From contig CM082592.2 in assembly GCA_040954595.2 (NCBI GenBank), positions 11,998,732-12,062,731 on the forward strand: DNA of 64,000 nucleotides. The letters run 5' to 3'. Positions 28,320 through 40,667 of the stretch are shown here, in pieces. Within the stretch, counting starts at the first letter, position 1. Every line of letters starts with the position of its first letter. The position numbers and the translations under genes were made by a program. Origin of the DNA: Balanoglossus misakiensis. Lineage: Eukaryota > Animalia > Hemichordata. The notes under the pieces were generated by a model. The model had not been told where the DNA came from, did not search any database, and saw nothing but the letters and a program-made list of their open reading frames with translations.

Positions 28320-31300
28320 TCAATCAGCAACATACACCATGTAGTTGAGACTCAACTTCTCCACAACAATCAGCCTCTTCTCAGCAGCCTTAAAGTCTGT
28401 GGTTTGCCAAAGAAAACACAGTCATTACTTCTCTGGTTTCATCAATTGAAAATGTTATTACATTTAACGCTTTTTAACCCTTCACCCCAATATCCCTGTA
28501 TAAAGGTCCAGCATTGCTGTTGAAAACAATGCAGTGATGAAGGTCAAGCATGCTTACACAATAACAAAAATGCAACTTACATTTGTAAAGAAGCTCCTTA
28601 TCATGGTTATTGTTAATACTCAGCATTAACCCACTCAGCAGAGCGAGGGCGCACTTGTATCTGCGAGCACACTGCAATAATGGAGAGAAAAATGTGGATT
28701 AAGTAAGTAATGTCTTCGTTTCAAATGAATGTTAAACTCAGATGTATCATTAACACTATGAGTATTTCAGTTCGGGATCAGAAAACTCACCTCCTGTGGG
28801 TTACCAAAGAGTTCGTCCAATGCCGCCGTTTGACAGAGCTCTATGGCATACTCATACATTAGTTTCTCTGCCTTGATTGCATTCAGCTCAGATGATGGTA
28901 GTTTTGATAGACTTTGTTCTTTCAGCTCTTTACTCTTGGCCAGGCATTCATGATACAAACCATTCAAAGACTGGGTCACTGTAAAAATAATGAAGATTAC
29001 AGCCTTCATAAATTTTCTTCATATTTTGGGAAATTTTGGGTGAACAAGACCAAAAACTGATACACAGATTTCAGTTCCACAATATTCCATCTGTTCACTC
29101 ACCATGTTTGACAGCATTGGAAGGCTGAAGTCTTCTGGCTTTCACTTCATCTTTAGCCAACTGTAGTGCATTGGCAAGGATCTGCAGAGCCCTCATGTAT
29201 AGCACCAGCTGCTCAGCTTGCCTATAGCAAAGGTCATTTCAAAATACTTCAATGTATACTAATCAAGAGGTTTAAAATGATCTTAAAATAAACAAAGATT
29301 TGTAATATGGTAATTGTGTGGAGACCACAGGTAGATGTTGTTATCATTCAAGTCAAGAAAGATGAGAGGAAGACAATGATGTAACTGACCTTTGACCTTC
29401 ACTAAAGAAACAGATCTGATCCAGTGCAAATGTCTCTTTCTGTTTTGTGTACAGAGATTCAGCCAAAGGTGCAGCTTTGGATATAATAACCTCCATGATG
29501 CCCTCCACAAAATGCAACATATCCACCAGCTTATCCAGTGTCTCGTTGTGTTCCGGTTCCATCAGAGTCTCTTCCGGCAGTTCCGGAGCAACAAAAGTGA
29601 TTGGTCCCTCCATGCTTGATGGTGACGTGCTGAAGACGACAGAGCTCTGACTGGTTGGGGAGCCATCCCCCCTCAGTGACTCGCTCCTTGAAGTCCGACC
29701 CGAATATGCCCCAAATACATTTGCATGCAACGGAGATGGTGGGCTGGTTGCGTAGGTTACAGCTGGCAAAGAATCAGAGAATATTTTCATCAAAAAATCT
29801 TCATATATGCTGATATATTTTTTGTCTGTGTGAATCACATCATGAATTTACACATTAATATTTCTGTTCACAACACCACTCACGTACCAGTTGGTGGAGA
29901 TCCTCCAAATGCACTGATTGCCTCCAAAGTACCGAGTGCTGGTGTTGAACCCATGTGACCAAATGCTGCCCTCAAGAGAAATTGATCGGAAAGTTTCCCA
30001 GAGCTTGCACTTTTGCCAATAGGGGACTTGATGGTTGGTTGTGTTTGATTTTCAATGTTCAGTGACCGTCTTCTCAGTTGCTTGTCTGTGGGACTCGTGT
30101 CCATACGAAGAGATTTGGGTCTGGCAGCGGCAAAAGGCATGGCAAGTGGCTACAAAAAATAACCAATAATAATTACAGCTACAGCTGAGCAACAACAAAC
30201 AAATTGGTCACAGTAAACTTAAATCTCTGGTTAAATTTTGTCTATCACTGAAAAAATAACATTCTAGACCACATACTTAAACAAAGTAAAGATGTACAGA
30301 CATCTGATTATGTCACATGTACACATACCTGTGACGGGCTATTCAGATCATATCCAGAGGGTATCCCTGTGCCACTGGTATCAAAACCAACTGTCAGTTT
30401 CTTGGTTGGCGAACCAATGATTGTAGGCAGCGATGCGGGACTTGGCAAGTACATGGGAGCTCTACTGGGTGAACCTATAGTTAGTATAAGGAAAATGAAA
30501 CGTCACATCTATACTTCTGAACTGAGAAGTTTGACAGAGTGATCTTCACATTACAAACTGTAGCTTCTCGAAAATACACTTACCGAAGAACTGGGCTTTC
30601 CTGGGTGGTGTATTACTCTGCAAGTAAGCGGGAGGTGTTGATCCTCTGGGTGGTGTGGCAGTTCTCTGTGGGGATGATGTAGATGGTCGGAATCCTGGTG
30701 TGGGCGATGGTGGTTTAGCCATGCTCTTTGGAGATGAATGGCTGGGTGCATCCGACTGTGTATGGTAAAAAAGATGCAAGCAATGTAAGATAGATGTCTG
30801 ATGATAATTGATAACAGAAAATATCTGAATAACATTATAGGTTGCCTTTGGGTCAGGTTCCAAAGTGTTAAATCAAATAAAGCATTGCATACCTGAGGGG
30901 AAGTCAGAGGGGATGAAAGCCTCTTTGCAGCCGAGTGTCCAGATGGTCCAGGACTCTTGGGACTTGACTGCACTCTGCTGGATGCTGTGTACATAGGAGA
31001 TGAGTTTGCCTTGTTGGCAAACATATTGAGAGCTGATGGTACAGGGATTGGTTCGCTGTCAAGCTTTGGTGGACGCTGCTGTTGTTGTGCCCTTCGAGTG
31101 CCACCTGGTGAACCGCCAATCATGTGTACTGGCAGACTGCATGGCCTGCTGAAATCAGATGCAAAAGCCAAATTGAACTTCAAAATTATACACATTCCCT
31201 ACAGGTTACCCTACTCACATAAAATGTTAATTTCTAAACAAACATTTGCATTCTGATTGTTGCATAAAAGGAGCTGAAAATATCAGATTTGACCATTTCA

Positions 31301-34300
31301 ACTGCAATACCGAATGTAATGCTTTCTTCTCAAAAGCTTGGTCCGCTTGCTTTGAAAACAGACATGTGCCAAAACACAAGAAAGCATTACCTTTCCTCTG
31401 CAGCAGTGGCAGCTGTTTTCATGGGTACTAGAATGGGTTGAGTTGTAGAATTTCCAACTGTACTGGCCTTGGGTGGAGTTGATGTTATCCTTGGTGGACT
31501 GGCACTGTGGAAAATACAATCAATACCAGCTGTCAATCACAATGACCCTACAACCAGTGCAGACTGTTTGAACAATTTCTTTAGTAGACAACTTTACCTG
31601 ACCATGGGTACTTTTACCCTTCAACACATTTTCCTGTTCAGACAATACAAAGGAGAGCAGAATTACCTCATAGCTTGTAGATCCACATTAGAGCTTCCTT
31701 TCCTGTGGAATGCACTGCCCTCAGTGCTGCAGGGGTCAGACGGCAAGTTGGCAGGAACCATCACAAAGTCCTGAAAATGAGCAAAACAATCCAGAAACAA
31801 GGCGTCATGTATTTGATGGTAAGAAAAAGATCTTATGCAAAAAAATCTAAACACCACAAAATATAGTTCAGTAGTTTTTTTTGACCATCAGACAACATCT
31901 ATCTCAAAACAAACAAATGATAAAAAGACCCTAGACAAACAAAAGCTTGAAGTCCTTACCTCATCAGGTTCATTCCCTGAAGAGTTACTGCTGGGTGAGT
32001 TGTCTGCAGCCCTCTCTGGCAGATTCTGATAGACTGGGGGTGCGGGCGGTGATCCAGCTATTGCGCAGTCTTCAGCTGAACATAAAACAATAAAGACAAA
32101 ATAGTGAATGTCAATTGAAAAAGTTTAGATCAGACCAAATCGCAGAGTAACTTTGAGACTGAGAATTTTCAAAGGGAAAAGATTGGCAGATATTGCCTTC
32201 AAATGTATTGCTGAATACTATGTTTTATTAACTTTTTATTTCACTCTATTCACCGGACTCAACTTAACCCACAAAGAATGCACTGAAAATGCTGATTTCC
32301 AATACCTCGCATTTCACGAACTTTTGGCATACTTGGCTCAGGTGATGACATTGGCACAACACTGCCAGGAATTGGTGACAATGACAATGGCCTTGCACTG
32401 GGTGATGCTGATGAGCCTGGTGACCCGTACAAAGTTGCAGATCTGCAGGGCACTGGCACTGGTGATGAGGATTTACCCTGAAGTCCACCACACACAAATG
32501 GATGGCTGAAGAATTCTGAGAAATCCATCCTCTCTCGTTGGTTACGTTTAAGGAGTCTCATGAGAAGGTCTTGTAGCTGAGCGGATGTACCACTTGGTAT
32601 ACTGTAATGAAAACATTGCAGAGTGAGTCATAAATACCACGAAAACAATTGACACCAAAGCTGATCAACTCAGACATTTTTTGGGCCATTCACTCAGTTA
32701 TGACCAACTTTCTAGCAGCTGGAAATATGTCAGTGGTGCTTTGAGCTACAGTTATCTTTAGAGGGCACAGTAGGTGATGAGTAACCCAGTAGTCATAATA
32801 ACAAATGGTGAGGGCATGCAAATTTATGATATCCATTGGTATGTAAATATGTATCATTATACTAAAAAGATCAGATGACCTGGATATTGACAAAGGTCAC
32901 GCAGTTATATGCAAAACGTTTACACTTTCACAGGGCAAATGCTAACCCTGGATCATGCAAAACTCTCAGCCAGTTACTAAAATAAAACGCAAGGATACTG
33001 CCATGATATTTTTGACTGTCATCCAAGTATTTATGACCTTTCAATATCCCACAGCTGGTATGTAAGACACAGAAATGAGCAGAGTTCCAATGGACCAGTC
33101 CATTATATCGTAATTGCCCCAAGAAAATTCACTTACTTTGGAGTCACAGTCTTGGATTTCTGATAAAAATTCTTCAGCTCTTGCGGACTGGAAGCTTGGA
33201 AAGGGGCTTTGCCTGTAAGGCACTGGAAAACAATTGTACCTATGCTCCAAAGATCTGCTTTGCCGTCATAATTCCGTGACATAATAACTTCTGGTGCCTG
33301 CAATGAAAGATAAAATTGTTTATGCCCAAGTCCTTTATCACCATTCTTCTTTAATATAATTTTTTTCTGCAGATGTGACCTGATACCGTAGAAAACACTG
33401 AAGCGTTTATTTATAAAGAAAAATAGAATATGTTGACATACAAAAATATCTGGAACAGAAACTAGGTGTGTTACCATGGCAAAAGAGGAAAATTGCAAAT
33501 ACAACACACACAGCTATTATGTAATAATTATAATGGATTAACAGCATCAATTGATGTCACGGCCATACTGAAATAAGATGGTAGAATTGTGTGCAGAGAC
33601 TAATATCTGATCTGATCTTTTCCATGTCATTCACTATATTTATTACAGTTATATTGACCATGCATACCATACATTTCTTTGACCTAAAAATACTTCCAAG
33701 TGTTGGGCCCTGTCCTGCATAGCTAAGCATTACTTATAAATACCAATATATAAAGAGCCTTTTTGCAATTAGAGTCACATACAATATGTTGAACAAACAC
33801 ATTCATTATTCATGCAATGAAGATGAATTCAAAGAACACAGATGCTTGCAACAATAAATGATGTACTCACCATGTACATGGGTGACCCACACAGTGTTGC
33901 AGCCATCATTTCACCGTGCAAAAACCGCGCAAACCCAAAGTCAGCTGCAAGAAAAAAAACGTCATCTTCCGTTAGGTTTGCCACTGGTCTGAAGCGCGAA
34001 GTGACTAGAGGCAATTTTTTACTTTTTATTTATTTTTTGATCACACAAGCTGACTCCCACTGACTCACAATCACGTGAGCCTTGCTTTTGCATTGAACAT
34101 TTTCTCCAATACAGCTGTTGCTATTCTCATGTCAGTTCATTACCCTGGCAACAATGTAAAATACTCTTTCTCTTTTGCGTAATATAATGGGCTTTTCTGT
34201 ATATTAATAAACTATGCATTTTATCTGAAGACTATTCCAAGCATGATATAGCATGTATGAATACATATTAAAATAGACTTGGCCTTCATCAACTCAAAAA

Positions 34301-37300
34301 AGCCGTAATTCAATAACAATATCACTATCAGGTGTCAGACCTTTTCAAATGACCTAACTGTTCAAGGAAAGGTTGTGATGGGTCTCATCTACATATATAT
34401 TTGCATACTGTCCTGTGCCCTGGGCTGATCCACTGAACCAAGCTCAAGGAGGACAATAGAAGTGTGCATGCCCGAACATGCAACATAAACAAGACAATCT
34501 GCCGGCTATGTTTACAAATATAAAATCTATAAATTGCATTGCGCAACCAGCAACAGCTTACAATAGGTCAAGGCAGAATATTAGATCAAAGGCAATGGAT
34601 CTTTCTTTATAGATGTGCAACTTGGAAAACAAACACCTGACTTTAAGATTTAATTCAAAAACACATAACTACAGAGGCCTGAAAAAAATAGTGGCTAGAC
34701 AGACAGGAACACTCACCTATTTTTAGCCGGATGTCTTTGGGTAATGATTGCTTTTTACCTGAGTGGCTTAGAAGAATATTCTGAGGCTTTAGATCTCTGT
34801 GGATAATACCCTTGGAATGTAGAACCTTCATAGCTGCCGCTGAAATGAACACATAATATGCCAAATCTTTAATTAACTGAACAGATTGTTGTTATATGTC
34901 CATTTAGCCCTACTTTTCTAGGTTACATATTAATTATCATGCATTCAATATTTTTTTTAATAGTATCCTGTCACACAGCATCAATGAAATAATTGACTGT
35001 AGGCTTAGCAACCACACGACAACAAACCAGAAATATTTCATTGATTTTTTCGTTTATCATCTGTAAAGTGTAAATAATCACTTCTGTATGGTGTCCAATC
35101 ACATCCAAGCAATTGGTGATGGCAATTTCATGATGAATAACATCTCTGGGATCACTGCAGATGCATTCAGCTGTCTGCCAACATGTCCTCATTTGTACTA
35201 TTTGAAAATTGCTGTACCAGTGGTGCGTCACATATTGCCCAATAAAAAGGGCACACTACAGCTGACAATAATGATCATCCAATGTTTACAAACAAACTCC
35301 ACTGAAGGAGGACTCTGCACCCACCCCTCACCCAGTCACACTGGCTTTCAAGGACGTATTGCGCATATAAAAATTACCTATCTCAGTATGTAACAGCAGT
35401 CTGTTCCACTTTGCATATTGCACTGGCATTCACAGATCCAGCCTCTACATAAATTCATTACTGACCTTGTACGCAAACCAAATCTAGGTCACACAATGCT
35501 ATGCACTGTGCAATGTCATAGTGACACCAAAATTGCTATGACCACCTCACCAGTTCTTAGTTTAGATGGGACCTTCCAAACCATAATTTTTCCACTGAAA
35601 TATATACAAGCAACAGTGCAATGCAAAGCCCTACATAACGGCTGACCCAGGGACACTGCAAATAACTTCATCAAGAAATGAAGTCAAGGACGCATGTTGT
35701 ACTGTAAACCCATTGTTCAAAACTGGCCAGGCCTAGCTGCACACATCTTGAAGTGGACTGTGAAAACTGACCTACATTTCCCCACCAACCCTGAACACTG
35801 CCATCACATTGTTCTCTGTTTAAATATAAACCAGTTGCATTTTTTGGCTGACAGTCAATAGAAGTCAACACATGATCTCATCTAAGCTGATGGAATTTTG
35901 TTTCACCCAATGGTAAGCAGATTGCATCACACTAAGGTAACACCAAGAATTTGATTGGTTACCAAGATTGACAAATTCCCAACTTGGAACCAAGCATGAT
36001 GCAATTGTATTCTATTAGAATTCTAACCATTGGACATCTGAGAAATGTTTTAGTAAAGACAAACTGTTCTGATTCCCTGGAGTTTCTGGAGGAATAATAC
36101 TATATGGCAACACTTCACTTCATACTTAAAATGTTGAGAAAATAAACTTACCTATCTGTTTCAAGAATAACCTAATAGTGTCCTCACTTAGGGTGCCTTT
36201 AGCTACAAGAGGGAACAAGTGAAAGCATGACCAATACAATACATAATATTCTTTGTTTTCTTATACTTGAAATAACACTTGAAACTTGGTCAAATTGTAT
36301 TGGATAGTAATCTTTACCCTTCAAACCATCAGTGTATCATCCAATGTACCAGTCAAGTTTTGTGGGCCATTTGAATCACCATGACAACTCCCCTAAAACT
36401 TTTCAAACAATGTTTTGAAAAACTGAACAATGCACTGACCTTGTAAATAATCAGCAAGGTCACCTCCATTACAATATTCCATAACCAGATAAACTGAGGT
36501 AGCAGTTTCCTGTAGAGATACATAATTTTGTTATAAAATAATTATGGGCACAAATGGTATTTCTGAGGTAAATGAATTGAAATATCTATTCATGACTCAA
36601 ATTTCATGCAAACATTTAATTTTTGAATAGCAAAACAGCAGGCTGGGAGTGATTTCCACACTTTTGCTGAATTTTTCAACTGCTTCTTTTCTCATCAACT
36701 TTACACACATCATGATACGTTCTGACACTCTCTCTTCACACACTGTGGTTCTGATGATATAAATATCGGACAATGGAACAATAATGTGATTGTGGTGTGT
36801 AATTGCATATGCATGTATTCAAATCAGTCTATATTCTCTGGGTTGACATACTCTGAAGCTTCGCCCAGAAGTCTCACAAAATCTTGACATACTAAGAAGT
36901 GAGTCAGTCAGTCTTTGTCAGAATGGTACACGTCACCCTTTAGTGATTTCAACTTGTGATGCAATACATTCCAATATCAAGTCTATGTTCTTTGAGTTCG
37001 TGTTTCCCCAGTGCTGGTGGAAACGTACAATTCTCCCAATCAATTTGTTTATCACGGTTAGTTACGCAACTACCAATATGTTTATCTGTGAATGACCGTG
37101 ATCGATGCAACACAGTGAATAATGGACAGGCACAAAACACATGGACAGTGCGTGATTGGTAAACATATTAACCGGCGATGGGTAATCGGTAAGCGCACTC
37201 GCTCAAGCAACCAATCCACCTGCGTTATTACAATCGCCGGGGATGAAATCGGTCGATCAAACAATATCACGCACGTCCGGATGATTTTGACATTGAGCCA

Positions 37301-38158
37301 ACCTTTCGCTTGCGTCATTAATCACTGTCACACAACCAAATCTGGATGATTCACAACGCGATTCCGTCAAAACATACGACACGCGGTTGTACAACAACAA
37401 CAACAAACCCACGCAGTTTTCGGGAAACTGAACACACTTACCTTGCAATCATACAGCGCGACGACATTTTCATGTTGGAGTTCCTGGTTTTATGAGGAGA
37501 AAATAAAAGATTTTTGAGGTTTCTTTTACAAACACGCAAACACTCTATGGGGGAAATCCTACCAAAAGGTAGCGCACAACCAAAAGCACTATGGTCCACA
37601 CACATGATGATGACGCACTTGGAAACCGGTGAATCACTGAAATATACAGAAGACAGTAAATTCGATCTCACCTTCAAGATCTTTATTTCTTTCTCCAACA
37701 GAGTCTGTGACTTAGACAGATTCTTTTTGGTGATATGTTTTATGGCTACCGTGGAATCATGATTCTGTAATGAAAAACGAAGGCAATGTTGACGAATTGT
37801 GATATGCAAATTTCATCTTTTGAGATGCAGTTTAATTAAGGACAGTTATATGCATCTGCCGGTAATCAACTTGTCTCACACGCACAGAGAAGAAAACAAA
37901 GGAACAACAATTGTCTCGCTTTAACATTATCACGAAATTTAGACCGTTACTAAGGGTGGAAATTAGCTACGGTCACGGTGTCGCCACGGCCGTTCCCAAT
38001 CGACAGACGCGAGGCCAGTCGCAAGGTCGGCAGATAAGAAACGCCGGGTGATAGAGAAAAATTACCTTTTTGTGTCTCCCTTTGAATACAACAGCAAAGG
38101 CACCATGTCCAATGAGATCTTTCTTCTTGTATTCGAAATCTCCAACGGACTCGGTCAT
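28320..38158 (-). CDS. ULK2: Serine/threonine kinase ULK1/ULK2 (Atg1/unc-51)
   Basis: 21 phase-consistent exons: 38066-38158, 37672-37764, 37442-37483, 36440-36509, 36152-36202, 34717-34839, 33871-33944, 33137-33297, 32306-32601, 31960-32075, 31667-31770, 31391-31504, 30893-31145/8, 30584-30755, 30329-30474, 29888-30149, 29390-29762, 29103-29221, 28791-28978, 28581-28671, 28320-28396. Motifs: [55 protein letters not shown], and the C-terminal MIT region [28 protein letters not shown]. It is the orthologue of both ULK1 and ULK2. Confidence 0.95.
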
Positions 38159-38159
38159 C

Positions 38160-38964
38160 TTCTTAAGTTTTAACTCCTGTGATAAAATATATCACCACAG
38201 CCGGGGTTAAACAGCGATGAACGAACAAAGCAGTATAGTCCTCTCGATAGGCGAAATTTTGCCAAAGCTCGGGAATTTTCGATCATCTTAAAGCTAAGGG
38301 ACGGTCAAAGTTGACCAAAATCTTCACGGATTTCCATGTACTAAGACATTTTGTCAGTAAATTGGTCCTTATTTGGCGCGTAATAACAATAAACACTGGC
38401 GATCGTTCACTGTATTTGACGGTAATGGAAATTTTGAAGGGTTTGTTTTGGTGTGAGCCCCATTACTCCCTAACCAAAACAATGCTACTACCCCTTCCTT
38501 TAAAATAGTACTAATACTCAGCAAATATTTCTGCATTTCCCCCTGCTATTATCATAAAACATACCTTACATGATATGATAACACAATATTTAATTTCCAC
38601 GTTTAGATTTGATTTTGATACACTCGCTGCACTTTTACTTGAATAGACATGTTAATTAGGCGATTTATAAATAGACTGTTCACTCTAGCGGATGACTTTT
38701 CAACATTTCATCAGCTGTTATGAGAAAGTAGTACCTTGATTTCGACAAGTCTCGCATAATCTCGAACTCAAAAAATATACACAATCGAACTTGCACATGC
38801 GCAGCGATTGTTCTTCCATAGAATACCCTCAGAGTTTACTGTCGAGCACGTGTGTTCGAATGCTTATGTTTGTCACAGATTTCCACAGTTTTCTCCGAAA
38901 TATTGAAAAAAAATTCGACGACATTAACCAAGACTTGTTGATCTTTATCTAAGACAACGATCTG
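38160..38964. promoter_or_regulatory. Divergent promoter region between ULK (-) and AKAP1 (+), including the probable AKAP1 non-coding exon 1 (donor at 38965)
   Basis: Head-to-head orientation; NRF1-like TGCACATGCGCA at 38792-38803; CTG|GTAAGT donor at 38964/5, with a plausible acceptor at 40559. Confidence 0.5.
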
Positions 38965-40667
38965 GTAAGTTGGGCAAATATTCTTTTTGAAAAACGACAT
39001 TAATTTGTACTTTTTTCTCAGCGTTGCGATGGAGGGCCGACTTGCTAATTCTATTTCCATATTGTGAAAGTTGTGAATAACGCATGCTTACGGCTTTTAT
39101 TTCCCGAAAGATGGCCAGGGTTATTGTCAGACGATTTCACATGCTTGCTCTCTATTGATAAATCTATTTGAAATGTTGGTACATGGAAAATTCTACACCA
39201 TTATTTTAGAGCTTTACCACCACGATGGATGGCCACTCTGACTGAACATAGTACCAATATTTTATTGAAATGCAAATGATGTAAACATCACAAAAACCGG
39301 TCATCAACCTTACTTGCACGTGGGAGCCAGGAAGAAATTCTTTAGTGTTTTCTGTATTTTTAAGGCGATTTGAACAAGTTGTATTTCCCAATCTAAATAC
39401 TCGCTTGATCAATTATTTCTGTCGCCTAAATTGCACATACTGTAAATGGTGTCTATTTCTCAACATGCAATTTACACGTGTCGTAAGTAATACTACAATG
39501 ATTGTATTAAAGGCTGTATTGCGCAATCACATGAAATTTCGAAAACGAGTGAAACGTATTCCGTATGTAGCATTTGTGGAGTTGACAGTTATAGCACATG
39601 TGGAACTGGAATATAGTAAAGACACTTCCATCAATTTTCACCAGTCTGTTCTTAATAGTTACATAATATTAAGATTACTGCATTTCTTGTTCATTATTGG
39701 TTGGATCCTGTAAGTTTTATCTGATATTCTCCTTCTGAATCAGCTTTCTTGAAAATGTGGATTTTAATCCTTTGTGTGTTTAAATATATTGGGGGGGGGG
39801 GGGGTAGTATTTCTTTTGATGTGCTTCTGTTTGTCACAATTATTAGGGGCAGGTGACATTGTTATCTCGTTTTCCCATGATTTATGTTTCATGTGTTAAT
39901 CTTAAGCCTATCGGTTCTAAAGTTCAGCTTCAGTATCCGCTCACAGATAGCAGAACAATTTCAAAACATGTTGCTCATTGTTTTTTGTCAACAGCTGGTC
40001 CAAACCAGCATATGCTGGTAGTGTAGTGAGGTGTGATTAAATTAAAATTATGCACAGCACCTGGACATTTGAGCTAAATTCATGTTTTTGTTGATCTAAT
40101 TCAGTGATACATGGCCATGCTTCTTTGCATCTGAAATCAGGTGTGAATGTGATAAACAAAAGCTTCTAATTGGATGACAATGTTGTTTAGTGATTGATAA
40201 TAGAATCAAGTGTTGACCCACATCCATTTGCACTTGTAGTCTAATTAGCAAATTCATTTTGAATTAGAAATATGTGCATAGTTTGTCTTTAATATTGTCA
40301 TTGTTACTTATTTGAAATTAAAAATTTACATTAATTGGATGGTTAAATAATAATATTTCCATTTTTTATGTGGCTTTTGAATGATCCATCAACCACAGTC
40401 TTGTATAACATCATCCCAATGAAAAAAAAATATTGGGGCCTTATCTGTAGCATTTGGACAGAAGTATCAAATTTGCTAGTTGATGGAATATCAGAAGTAT
40501 ATAATATACTGTTGTATATTTTCTGTATTAAAATGTATGGTTTCTGTTTTTTCCCCCAGGTTTTTGTATACCAACATAGTGAGAAAAAAATTAATGTGTG
40601 TTCCAGTGAACCACCGGGGCTTTAATATGTATCAGAGAGCATCAAAACCAGAGTGAGAATAATCAGA

